In this document: positions 33,251 through 45,600 of the stretch, piece after piece | Position numbering within the stretch: the stretch's first letter is position 1 | Layout of the letters: each line of letters begins with the position of its first letter | Origin: Azolla caroliniana | Lineage: Eukaryota > Plantae > Polypodiophyta | Direction: 5' to 3' | DNA: 64,000 nucleotides | Assembly (NCBI GenBank): GCA_043228905.1 | Contig: JBHGNT010000009.1 | Location: 15,934,001-15,998,000 of the forward strand | The notes under the pieces: generated by a model | Told to the model about the DNA's origin: nothing | The model's database searches: none | What the model saw: the letters and a program-made list of their open reading frames with translations, nothing else | Made by a program: the position numbers and the translations under genes

Positions 33251-36200
33251 TGTTACGCACGGTGCTCGGCCACAACCGAGGAATAGGATCAACTCACAGA
33301 AAATAGGAAATACAAAGTACACGAAGACAATAGAGAGAAGAGTACACAGGATATTTTACGTGGAAAACCCTAAATGGGAAAAACCACGGGAGTCCTCAAA
33401 CTCCAACTATCACTATGAACAGAGATGTACAATGGTGAAGCTTCAAGGCAACAACCTTGAGCTCACTGTCTTCGCCACAGGCGGCGGTAATACACAGAGG
33501 CAACGACCTCCTCGTTTCTCTCTCTCTCTCTCTCTCGGCTGCTCTCACTTCGCTCCCTCTAAGTGGAAAACAGAAAATGAGCAACAACACAAAACTGTTT
33601 GCCCTAAGTCATATTTATACACATATGACTTTCGGGCTATTTACAAATATAGCCTCAAGGGCCCTTGGCAAACATATTCACAAATATGTCCCCGCATCCG
33701 GATCTCTCTCCGGGTACATTCATCATCCGGCTCCGTAGCCGGGGTCTTCGTCATCCGGCTCCGTAACCGGGGTCTTCATCATCCGGCTCCGTAGCCGGGT
33801 CTTCGTCATCCGGCTCCGTAACCGGGGTCTTCATCATCCGGCTCCGTAGCCGGGGTCTTCATCATCCGGCTCCGTAACCGGGGTCTTCATCATCCGGCTC
33901 CGTAACCTCAACCGGGCTTGCCGTCATTCATCTCCGGACATCCCATCCGGAGGGACCGAAATCCCAACAAACTCCCCCTTCACTTCGGCATGGGATGTCT
34001 CTCCAATCCGATCCTCTTCCGGCATGCTTCCAGCTTGTCGGGTGTGAGCACTTTGGTCAGCATATCTAAGCCGTTCTCGTCCGTGTGGATCTTCGTCAGC
34101 ACGAACTCCTGGTCTTCTATCCTTTCCCGGATCCAGTGATATCTTCGTTGGATGTGCTTCGTCCGGGAGTGATAGGCCGCGTTCTTCGCAAGGTGGATGG
34201 CACTCTGACTGTCACAGTAGAGTCGGTACTCCTCCTGTCGGATACCGAGCTCTCTAATGAAGTCCTTCATCCATATTATTTCCTTGCCGGCTTCAACAGC
34301 CGCCATGTACTCCGCCTCCGTGGTTGACAACGCAACCGTCTTCTGCAGCCTCGACTGCCAGGAAATAGCTCCCCCTGCATACGTCATCACATACCCTGAT
34401 GTGGACCGGCTGGTATCTGCATCGGCCGACATATCCGAATCGGTGAAGCCGTCGAGTTCGGGCTTACCGGATCCGAATCGGAGGCACACGTTTGCCGTGC
34501 CCTTCAGTTATCGGAGTATCCACTTGGCCGCGTTCCAATGCTCTTTGCCGGGATTGCTCATGTACCGGCTCACCACTCCGACTGCATATCCTATGTCCGG
34601 TCGGGTACACACCATTGCGTACATCAAGCTCCCGACGGCAGAGGCATATGGTACTTTCATCATGTCCTCCTTCTCAGCCTTTGTCTTGGGGCTTTGCTTG
34701 CTGGACAGCTTGCAGTTTGTCGGGAGTGTTGACCCGACCGGTCTTGCTTCCGACATGTTGAACCGGTGAAGCACCTTTGTCACGTACTTCTCCTGTGACA
34801 GCCACAACTGCTTCTTCTTCCGGTCTCGGATGATGTGCATCCCTAGTATTTGCCTCGCCGGACCCAGGTCCTTCATTGAGAAGGTTCGGTGAAGTGCTTT
34901 CTTCAGCATCCGTATCTTGCCCTGGTCCCGTCCGACGATCAACATGTCGTCCACGTACAGGAGGAGTATTAGAGAGTCTCCTCCTTCGAACTTCTTCACA
35001 AACACGCAGTGGTCAGACTGCGTTTTGTGGTACCCTTCGTTGGTCATGAAGGAGTCGAACTTCCGGTACCATTGCCGGGGAGCCTGCTTCAGTCCGTAAA
35101 GGCTCTTCTTCAACCGGCATACCAGGTGCTCCTTCCCTTTCTTCTCGAATCCTTCCGGTTGCTGCATGTAGATCTCTTCTTCGAGGTCACCGTGAAGGAA
35201 TGCCGTCTTCACGTCCATCTGTTCTACCTCGAGGTCCATGCTTGCCGCTATGCTCAGCACCGTCCGGATGGAGGTCATCTTCACTACCGGGGCAAATATC
35301 TCGTCGTAGTCGACGCCCTTCTTCTGCTGGAACCCCTTCACCACGATCCTGGCTTTGTATCTTGGGGGGTTTCCGGCATCTCCCGGTTTCAGCTTGAACA
35401 CCCACTTGTTACGGAGTGCCCGTTTTCCTTTCGGCAACTCCACAAGTTCATATGTGTGGTTCTCATGCAGGGAATCCATCTCCTCCTGCATGGCACTTAA
35501 CCACCTGCGGCTATGGGTGTCATGCTTCGCTTCTTCAAAGCTCTCCGGCTCCCCCTCGTCGGTTAGCAGCACGTGCTCTGGTTCCGGAAATCTCCGGGGG
35601 GCCCTTCTCTCTCTTAGAGGATATCTCCGTTCCGGAGCTTCGGTAACCGGTTCTTCCGATTCTTCTTCATCCGAATCCATTTCGGGATCGGGGCCGGTTC
35701 CGGTATCATTTTCATCTTCTTCGGCCGGTTCTGTTTCTTCACCGTCTTCGGCCGGATCCTCGAGTGCTAACCGGTCCCTTGCCGGTCGGGACTGCTCCTC
35801 GTAGAGTTGATCCTCACCGGTCGACTTGGAGCTCTTCATCTTCTTCTCCGACTCCCAGTCGGCGAGTGTCTTGTTCTCCATGAAGATGATATCACGACTC
35901 CGGAATATCTTATTGTCGACCGGGTCCCATACTCGGTAGCCGAACTCGTCATCGCCGTAACCGAGGAATATGCATGGCCGGGTCTTTGGATCTAGCTTTC
36001 CTCTCCGGTCCTTAGCCACATGCACATATGCGAGACACCCGAACACCTTCAGATGCCGGTAGGATACTTCCCTACCGGTCCACACTCTCTGCGGCGTGTC
36101 TCCGTCCAAAGGTACTGAGGGTGATCTGTTTATCACGTATGTCGCCGTCGACATCGCCTCAGCCCAAAACCCCTTGGGTAACTCCGCATGCGCCAGCATA

Positions 36201-38902
36201 CTCCGGACCCTCTCCATTATGGTCCGGTTCATCCTCTCGGCCAACCCGTTCAGTTCCGGCGTCTTCGGCACAGTAAACTCGAGCCGGATTCCCTTCGAGC
36301 GACAGTACTCCTGGAACTGCCCCCGGTATTCCCCTCCGTTATCCACTCGTATCGCTTTCAGCTTCTTGCCGGATTCTCTTTCCACTCTCGCGTGGAGTTC
36401 TTTGAAGACGGACAACACTTGGTCCTTTGTCTTCAGCGGTGCCGTCCACAGCTTCCGGCTATGGTCATCAATGAATGTTACGAAGTACTGGGCTCCGCCA
36501 TGTGACTTCGTTTCTACCTGACACACATCAGTGTGCACCAATTCCAATGGTGCGCTACGTCTCGTCGGTGGCCTTGAGTGGAAGGAGGTTCGGTTCTGCT
36601 TACCGGCCAGGCAATCGGTGCACTTCTCCAGGTGCACATGCTTCACTGGAATAAGGTTGTCTTCTGCAAGCCTCTTCATCCCCTTCTCACTCATGTGGCA
36701 CAGTCTTTTGTGCCACAGCTCACCGGCAGTGTCGGCTGCCACATTCAGCTCTTCCGGACATAACCGAGCATTCATCAGGTACAGTGTGTTGACCTTCCGG
36801 GCCCGAGCCACTATCAAGCTCCCCTTGCTGAACTTCATTACGCCGTTCCGGATGCTACCTGTGTAGCCTTCATCGTCTAGCCTCCCGGCCGAAATCAGGT
36901 TCAATCGAACCTCCGGAACGTGTCGGACATCCTTCAGCAGCATTTTGCATCCGGTTGATGTCATCAGCCACACGTCTCCTATGCCGGCAATCCGGCACGT
37001 ACCTTCATTTCCCATCCGGACACAGCCGTGCTCACCGGCTGTGTAGGATGAGAAGTATTTCTTCTCCGGGGTCAGGTGGAACGACGCTCCGGAATCGACC
37101 ACCCAGGTCATCTCTACACCGGCAAGGTTCAGCTCCCTCTCTTCGGTAATGAGCATTATCTCTTCTTCACTTACCGCGAGTGCCGTCGTTCCTTTCCGGT
37201 CCTGCCCTCTCCGGTCCGTGGCTCCCCGGTATGCACCGTTTCTCTCCGGTGACTTCTTCGAATCGGTGTCGTCGGCTCCGTTGTCCTTTCGGTAATGCCG
37301 ACAATTCTTCCGGAAGTGCCCCGGCTTCCCACAGTGGAAGCATGTGGGTCTTCCTCTTGACTGCGACCGGGTCCCCGACTTCTCCCGTCTTTGCGGACTC
37401 CGGTTCCATTGTCTTCCCCGTTCCGATTCGGTAAGCAGCGCCTTCGAGTCGGAGGCCGGTTCTTTATCTCTCCGACGCGCTTCTTCGTTCAAAATACTTG
37501 TCTTTACCGTTTGTAGGGACAAGTTATCTTCGGTGCAGGAGGTGCTGAGAGTCACCACCAAGTTCTCCCAGCTTTCCGGCAATGTACACATCAGGATGAT
37601 GGCTTGCATTGCATCCTCCAACGGGAACTTGATCGCCGCAAGCTGGTTCACGAATCCCATGAACGTGCTTACGTGTTCCACCATACTCTCGCCATCCCGG
37701 TACTTGAGGTTCACTATCTTCCTCATCAGGGAGGTCCGGTTCAACGCATTCTTCCTCTCGTAGAGGCCCGACAGCTTCCGCCACATCTCATATGCGTTGG
37801 TGTCGTTCGCCACATGTTGTAGAACGCTCACGTCGACGTATTGCCGAATGGTTGCAACGGCTTTCCGGTTCAGAAGCCTCCATTCCGTCTCAAGTACCCC
37901 CTTGGGTATTTCCGACCTGTCGATCGGTTCATACAGATCCCGAACAATGAGCAGGTCCTCCATCTTTATCTTCCAGTCGGCGTAGTTCTGCGCATTCAGC
38001 ACCATCATCCCCGGCTGCCCGCTGCCGCCGCCTTCCATTTTCTGTGTTACCGTCGCTCTGATACCACTTTGTTACGCACGGTGCTCGGCCACAACCGAGG
38101 AATAGGATCAACTCACAGAAAATAGGAAATACAAAGTACACGAAGACAATAGAGAGAAGAGTACACAGGATATTTTACGTGGAAAACCCTAAATGGGAAA
38201 AACCACGGGAGTCCTCAAACTCCAACTATCACTATGAACAGAGATGTACAATGGTGAAGCTTCAAGGCAACAACCTTGAGCTCACTGTCTTCGCCACAGG
38301 CGGCGGTAATACACAGAGGCAACGACCTCCTCGTTTCTCTCTCTCTCTCTCTCTCTCGGCTGCTCTCACTTCGCTCCCTCTAAGTGGAAAACAGAAAATG
38401 AGCAACAACACAAAACTGTTTGCCCTAAGTCATATTTATACACATATGACTTTCGGGCTATTTACAAATATAGCCTCAAGGGCCCTTGGCAAACATATTC
38501 ACAAATATGTCCCCGCATCCGGATCTCTCTCCGGGTACATTCATCATCCGGCTCCGTAGCCGGGGTCTTCGTCATCCGGCTCCGTAACCGGGGTCTTCAT
38601 CATCCGGCTCCGTAGCCGGGTCTTCGTCATCCGGCTCCGTAGCCAGGGTCTTCATCATCCGGCTCCGTAGCCAGGGTCTTCATCATCCGTCTCCGTAGCC
38701 GGGGTCTTCATCATCCGGCTCCGTAGCCGGGGTCTTCATCATCCGGCTCCGTAGCCGGGGTCTTCATCATCCGGCTCCGTAGCCGGGGTCTTCATCATCC
38801 GGCTCCGTAACCGGGGTCTTCATCATCCGGCTCCGTAACCTCAACCGGGCTTGCCGTCATTCATCTCCGGACATCCCATCCGGAGGGACCGAAATCCCAA
38901 CA
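33251..38902 (-). mobile_element. Element G: Ty1/Copia, same family as F, young, one nonsense mutation
   Basis: LTRs 33251-33969 and 38070-38902; TSD GAACC at 33246-33250 and 38903-38907; PBS 38055-38066; PPT 33972-33980. Confidence 0.97.
33980..38038 (-). pseudogene. gag-pol: Gag-pol of G; TAA at 34508-34510 (TAT in F) just before RNase H
   Basis: 1176-aa ORF plus an in-frame 169-aa RNase H ORF. Confidence 0.93.
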
Positions 38903-38977
38903 GAACCCTACATTGGTAGTTCCATTCCAAATCGGGTTGTTCTACCCCCACCTCCAGTTCAACTTGTTGATGACCTA

Positions 38978-39163
38978 GAATTTGAAGTCAAAGCTATTTT
39001 GGACTCCAAGATAATACGTAAAAAGCTTTATTATCTCGTGGATTGGTTAGGATACACACCAAATGACCGTACTTGGGAGCCAGGTGAGAACCTTGATAAT
39101 GCCTCTAACTTGGTGGCTGAATTTCATCGCCAATATCCAAATAAGCCAAGTCTGAATTCATGA
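38978..39163 (+). other. Chromodomain at the integrase C-terminus of C
   Basis: Manual translation EFEVKAILDSKIIRKKLYYLVDWLGYTPNDRTWEPGENLDNASNLVAEFHRQYPNKPS. Confidence 0.92.
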
Positions 39164-39203
39164 ATTACGACTCGTGGAACTCGTCGTCAAAGGAGGGGGA
39201 TGG

Positions 39204-39660
39204 TGTCATGTGTATACAAAACTAAATAAGCTTTATGGTGATTCGAACCCATGACCTCCTCAAAGAAGGCATACAACCCCATCCATTAGGATACATCATA
39301 TTGTATATATTAAATAATAAATTCTATTATATCAATAGGAAATACATATAATAATATTATTGAAATGTCGCCACCTTGCATAAGCTAACGCATGATTGCT
39401 AAGGGGCATGCTTGCATGAATGCCAATTGGCGATCATGCGTGCCTATGAGGTGGCGAGCATGCATGTATCCAAACCATGCTATGTAAACATGTATTTGAC
39501 TATTGATGAACCATTCTGGTTCAACACCAGTCTTCGGCATATTCTTGTAAACGTTGCTCTCATTGTTAATACATTATCAAATTCTTCTTATCTCTCTCAT
39601 ATCTTTCGCTTCTCATTCTCTTCTTCATTTTAAAACTCGTTCCTAACTTTGGCCCTGACA
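39204..39660 (+). repeat. 3' LTR of C
   Basis: Direct repeat of 5620-6076. Confidence 0.96.
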
Positions 39661-41962
39661 CGCTATCACGCCGAATATCCGGATGTGCGATAAGTCTGGC
39701 TTCTTTCCGAAGTATTTTTCGTGCGGAGTGACCTCGTGCACGCCGGATGTTGTGCACCGGTTCATTAGGTAGACGGTCGTATTTGCAGCTTCGGCCCAAT
39801 ATGACTTGGGCATATGCTTCTCGTTCATCATGGCCCACGCTACTTCGAGGATGTGCCGATTTTTGCGCTCGGCTACTCCGTTTTGTTGCGGAGTGTGTCG
39901 GCAAGTGAATTCGCGCTGAATTCCTTCCTTTCGGAGAAGTACTCCTTGCCGCCATCCAAACGAAGGCATCGTACATGTCGGCCCGTGGCTTTCTCGACTT
40001 CATTCTTGAAATTTTGGAAGTGTCCGAACACTTCGCTGTTTTGCCACATCGGGTGGATCCAAGTGTGCCTAGAGAAGTCGTCGATGAAGAGCACGTAATA
40101 TCGGCATCCGCCGAATGTAGCCGTCTGCGCCGGTCCCCATACGTCGGAATGGACTACGTCGAGTAGACCTTTGCTCACGTTCCGCTCTTTCGGGAATGGG
40201 TGTCGGTGTTGCTTGCCGAATTGGCACACTTCGCATACACCTTCAATCTCCTTCTCTTTGAATGTCGGGAGTCCGATGACGACTCCTTTCGATTTCATTG
40301 CTTTGAGTTTGTTGAGATTGATGTGGCCGATTCGCTTGTGGCATAGCCTATGTCGGAGTCGGCTTTCGTGCTTTTCGCGAACATGGCGGATTTCATCTCG
40401 TGTGAATCGAGAATGAACATCCGGCCCTCTCTTCGTCCGCGTGCAATGAGTCGGCCCTCTTTTTCGATGAAGCAACCGCCTTGATTAAATCGAACTTGCA
40501 TCCCTTGCTCTACAATTTGGCCAACGGAGACCAAATTCTTCATAATGGTTGGTACATGCAAGACATTTTTAATGTAATTTTGCTTACCTTCTTTTCCGAA
40601 CGGAACATTGCCGATGTGTCGAATTGGGTGCGTAGTGTCATCTCCGGTTTCGACATAACCGGGTCGCTCCGGCTCTCGAAGTTCGAGAAACCATTCTTTA
40701 TGAGATGTCATATGGTTTGAGGGTCCGGAGTCAACAAACCATACGTCCTCCGGATTGAGGGCACTAGTTGAGGTAGAGGCCGACATAGAGTTTGCTCTAT
40801 GTTTCATCATGAACATTCCGCCACGGTCGGAGTTGTATGCATACATTCCACCACGATCCTCGTAGTCGAAGTTGTGCCTGTACATTCCGCTATACTCTTC
40901 GTAGTTGGAATTGTGCGCGTAATTCGCGAGTTGTCGGCTTGTGGAAGCCGATTCACGCATCTTCTTTCGGCACTCTTCTTCGTGGTGGCCGAGCTTTCCG
41001 CAATATCCGCATTCGGTTGCATTTTGACGGCTCAGGCCGGAGTGGAAGCTCCCCCTTCTTGCAAAGGTTCCTCGTTGGCTTCCATTTTGCGGCTGAAATT
41101 GGGAGTTGTTATTGTAGGTCGGACCTCGTCTGCCTTGTCCTTGGCCAAATCGGCCTCTCGACCGTCCGCGTCCTCTTCCTCCGTTCGAGTGCGTGTAGAG
41201 CATGTGGCCTTCCGACTCATTGCTCCTTGTACACACGTGGTTTTCTTCGACCAATAGCATTGATTGGAGCTCGAAGAAGGAGGGAGATTTCTCCCATGCT
41301 AGAACGGCGGTTCGCATCGCGCCGAACCGTGGTGCGAGGCCGTCGAGGCATATTTGAACCATCTCATCATCATCGATATTTACGCTTATTGAGCCGAGCG
41401 AATTGCAAAGCTCCTTGATCTTCAAGGTGTATGTCGTAATGGACATGTCCCTTTGTTGAATGTTGTTCAACTCTTGGTGGAGTTAAAGCCGTCTTGCAGT
41501 TGTGTTCGCCGCGAAAATCTTTCGTAGATTTTCCCATGCCTCCTTCAGCATCTTGGCTTCACGAATGTAGCAGAGCATGTGATCGTGAACACATGTCGCC
41601 AAGCAATACATCATGCGGCTTGCGGCTTGCTCCCATGTCGCGTATCCGGGAGCCGCTTCGGCGGGTCGGTCTTCATGCGCTCCTTTGATGTAGCTCCAAT
41701 AGCCTTGTTCGACAAGGTATAGGTGCATCTTGTACTCCCAAGATGCAAAGTTGTTTCGATCCAACTTCTCGGTAGGGAGAGTGCTCCCCATTTGAGTATT
41801 CATTATGTCGATTCTTCTTCTTCTTCTTCTCTCTTTGAATGCGAGCTATGTAGCGAAGCTACGATAGCGATGAGCCGGTTCTTGGTCATCGGCGTAGAGC
41901 ACAACACACGATCACAATGAGGCGAATGGGCTAGATTGAGCTACCAAATCGCTCTGATACCA

Positions 41963-42351
41963 TGTAAAGAATCAAGAGATGGATTCTTGTGAAACGGAAG
42001 AGATATGAGTTATGTGTGTGTATGAGAGAGAGTGAGTGAGTGAGACAAGGAATAAGACATAGAGAATACGCAAGGTAAATGTATATTAACAAAGGAGAAA
42101 GACTCAACAAAATACAAGGTGGGAGGAGGGTGCTTTATATAGTCACCCTCTCTCTTCATTAACTACAAGGCTCGTGGAGCATGGGGAATGTGAAAGCTCA
42201 TAAGTTATGTGTCATAGAATATGATTCTATGACTCATACTAAATGCTAGAATACAAAGAGGTGACTTAATGGTGACTCTTGACCATTGGAGTGTCTATTC
42301 ACTCTCAATGTGAGTTCACACACTAGACCAAGTTGAGCTTGATTCTCAACA
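41963..42351 (-). repeat. 5' LTR of B
   Basis: TG..CA bounded, adjacent to PBS; LINE coding sequence resumes after 42351; second copy not in window. Confidence 0.8.
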
Positions 42352-42672
42352 GCTCGCTAATGGCAATACTATTTGGATGTATAATGGAATCAAAGATAAG
42401 TGCATGGGCTGAAAAAAAATGGTAAGAGAGCTTATGGACAAGCTGGCTTTCGAAAACACCATAGCACCATTGATCACCTTGTCACTCTTCAAGTATTAAT
42501 GAAGGAAAGACGCCATGGAGGTAAAGGTTTATATTGTTCCTTCGTAGACTTTAAGAAAGATTTTCATATGGTACCTTGTGAGCATCTTTGGACACAAATG
42601 GAAGAACTCAAAGTGCCAAGTGAATATATGTTTGTAATCTCCTAAATATATGAGAAAGTTATATGTTGTGCA

Positions 42673-45600
42673 TGTGAATGTTAATGTGCGGAAGCGTCAG
42701 ACAGAACCGACTCAGCTAGATAGTAACAGAAAATGAGATGAAGGTTTAATGGAAAAGCTTAAAACACAAAGGAGACACAGAGAGCAGAACATAAAACTAT
42801 ATTCAAAAATTAACTCTAAAACTCTGTACATACAACGTGCTAAACAACACTATTTATACAAGTCCATAAAGGACTGACATAAGTATTGACAGGTACTTCA
42901 ATGCTCACACGTGCGACTGACACTAACTACGAGACAATGATTACCTAGTAGTCTAGGCTACTACTAGGCTTCCAGTACCCGCTCGAATCCGGCTCCCCGA
43001 TTTGGCCGGTTGTTTTCAGATACCGATCTGGCTCAGGCTTATTCAGCCGATCTAGATCCGGTTGAGCTTGCTCACTCAACACTCCCCCTCAAGCTCAACT
43101 TGAGGTCGGATCGTGGTGTTAGTGTCCGCGGCAGCCGGTTCTTCTACCCGGCTCCTTTTCGCGTTGCTCCGCCTCACTCACGTTCCTCGTCCAATTCGGT
43201 CTTGTTTGCCGTGACCCTTCCGGTTCTGCGTACCTCGATCTCCTCGGTCGGCTTGTCTGCTCAGCAGGCCCATTTTAGCTCCCTCGCTGCTGCGCCTCCA
43301 GCACTTGTCGACCTGTCGATTCCTTCCTGTTGGCATCGACTTCCGCTCCGTTTGTGTTCGCTTGGCCTTTAGTTGACCCGACTTCTCCGAACCTTGAACC
43401 AAATCGGTTTCCTTCGATTCGTTCCAGCTCTTATCTGAGTTGGTGTTCTCCAACTTGTGTTCTGGTTTCAAGCCCTTCACCACACCAGACTACGTCCGGT
43501 TCTTGGCCGTTTTCTTTCCGTCGGCTCTGTCCTTCTTGATTCTGCCACCGTTGCCGCTTGTTCCGACCTTTCCGGATGTGCCAACTCCTTCGGACGGCTC
43601 GGCTTCCTTTTTCCTCTTGTCTCCCCCTTTGATGGTTCTTTCTTCCTCTCCGACTCCTTGTTCGGTGCCATCTGTTCCCTTTCCTTTTCTCCCCCTCAAG
43701 TGCAGCACGACGAGATACTGAACACCAAGCATTTCGGTGAAGTGTTGCAATTTGTCCTATCCGAGCGGTTTGGTGAAGATATCGGCAATTTGCCGATCCG
43801 TCTGAACATACCGAAGTTCTACTTCATCACTCAAAATCCGTTTACGCACAAAGTGATAGTGGACTTCTATGTGCTTCGTCCGAGCATGGAACACGGGGTT
43901 CTTGGCGAGTTGAATGATGCTCATGTTGTCACAGTAGATCAGGATCAGGGTCGGTACCTCAATCCATAGGTCTCGCAGTAGTCGCCAAAGCCAGATGGCT
44001 TCATAAGTGGCATTGGTAGCGCCCTAGTATTCAGCCTCAGTGCTCGATAGAGCCACTGTTGGCTACTTTTTGCTGCTCCACGCAACAACCACGCTACCCA
44101 GAGAAAACATGTAAGGCAATTTGCCGATCCGTCTGAACATACCGAAGTTCTACTTCATCACTCAAAATCCGTTTACGCACAAAGTGATAGTGGACTTCTA
44201 TGTGCTTCGTCCAAGCATGGAACACGGGGTTCTTGGCGAGTTGAATGATGCTCATGTTGTCACAGTAGATCAGGATCAGGGTCGGTACCTCAATCCATAG
44301 GTCTCGCAGTAGTCGCCAAAGCTAGATGGCTTCATAAGTGGCATTGGTAGCGCCCTAGTATTCAGCCTCAGTGCTCGATAGAGCCACTGTTGGCTACTTT
44401 TTGCTGCTCCACGCAACAACCACGCTACCCAGAGAAAACATGTAACCGAAGGTGGATCGGCGATCCGATGCATCACCAGCCCAGTCGGCATCAGTATATC
44501 TGACTAGCTTCCGAGCTATACTGTGTCGGTATAACAATCCCCGGTCCTTCGTGCCACTGACATACCGGAGTATCCGGTGTGCGCACTAAAGGTGCTCGAC
44601 GGTTGGCTTCTGCATGAACTGGCTTATCACTCTGACCGGGTAACTGAGGTCGGGTTGAGTGATTGTTAAGTATATCAGGCTTCTGATGATTTGTCGGAAC
44701 CGTTTCTCATCGCAGGTCGGTCCAGAGTTGGGACAAATCTTCTGGTTCCGGTCCAAGGGTGTGGAGACAGGTCAGCACTCCGTCATACCAAACTTGTACA
44801 ACATATTCAACATATAGTGTTGTTGTGAGAGCAATATGCCGTCAGGGGTTCAGATCACCTCGATCCCGAGAAAATAATGAAGGTCCCCTAGGTCCTTCAT
44901 TTCAAATGCGTCCGACAGCTAGGACTTTACTCGGTCGATTTCATTGAGTTCGGGTCCGGTGATGACTTAATCATCAACATAAAGTAGGATGCAAACCGGA
45001 CCGTTCGGACCTTGCCGAATGAACAACGACGAGTCGGATTTAGAGGTCACAAACCCCATCTTACGCAACTGGTGCATGATCTTTGCATTCCAAGCTCGAG
45101 GGGCTTGTTTCAGACCATAAAGCGACTTCTTGAGCTGGCACACCGCTAACTTGTTCATCTCCGACTGAAAACCGGGAGGTTGGATCATATAGACCAATTC
45201 TTCAAGGTCACCTTGAAGAAACGCATTCTTCATGTCCATCTGGTGAAGACTCCACCCCCTTACCGCAGCAACCGCCAGTACCACACGAACCGTTGTCATC
45301 TTCGCTACTGGAGCGAAGGTCTCGTTGTAATCGATTCCCTCGGTCTGTGCGTATCCCTTCGCCACTAACCGGGACTTGTATCGGTTAACCAAACCGTCGG
45401 CATTTTACTTTACCTTGTACACCCATTTGCAACCGATCGGTTTATAGTGTCGGGGAGGGTCAACGAGGTCCCATGTGTCATTGGCATCTAGTGTCCACAT
45501 TTCTTCCTCCATAGCGGCACGCCAATTTGTGCCCTTTGTCGCTTCTACGTAGCTCTCCGGCTCACGCACTTCTGCCACCTTAGTCATGAACGCATAATGA

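Larger units (their letters stand above)
29960..39163 (+). pseudogene. pol: Pol of C (PR-RT-RH-IN-chromodomain), in pieces 29960-33250 and 38908-39163
   Basis: ALLDSGAN, SPAGAPIFFVKKKDGSLR, VYVDDIL, EADASD, SDRGPQF, FHVSLLEP|YIG rejoined over the TSD of G; several stops and frameshifts. Confidence 0.93.
5620..39660 (+). mobile_element. Element C: Ty3/Gypsy chromovirus (Tcn1/sushi-like), degenerate; hosts D and G
   Basis: 457-bp LTRs 5620-6076 and 39204-39660 (~12 differences); TSD CGCTA at 5615-5619 and 39661-39665; PPT AAAGGAGGGGGA 39189-39200; C-terminal chromodomain. Confidence 0.96.
4920..42351 (-). mobile_element. Element B: Ty1/Copia, degenerate; present as 4920-5619 and 39661-42351, split by element C; 3' part lies beyond A, outside the window
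   Basis: LTR 41963-42351 (TGT..ACA); PBS 41951-41962 abutting the LTR; gag from 41803, CGYCGKLGHHEEEC, WFVDSG, VHSDVWGP; the integrase frame FGVIA|YVHIPDEKR is rejoined across the CGCTA TSD; REPETFSEA at ~5000. Confidence 0.92.

Noticed and set aside
32964-33794. 276-aa ORF
   Set aside because: C integrase reading through into the G LTR after FHVSLLEP
34508-34510. Programmed stop-codon readthrough in G
   Set aside because: Sister element F has a Tyr codon here and there is no CARYYA readthrough context
38540-38840. Regular 27-28-bp repeats resembling a CRISPR array
   Set aside because: Head-to-tail units without unique spacers, inside eukaryotic LTRs, and no cas genes
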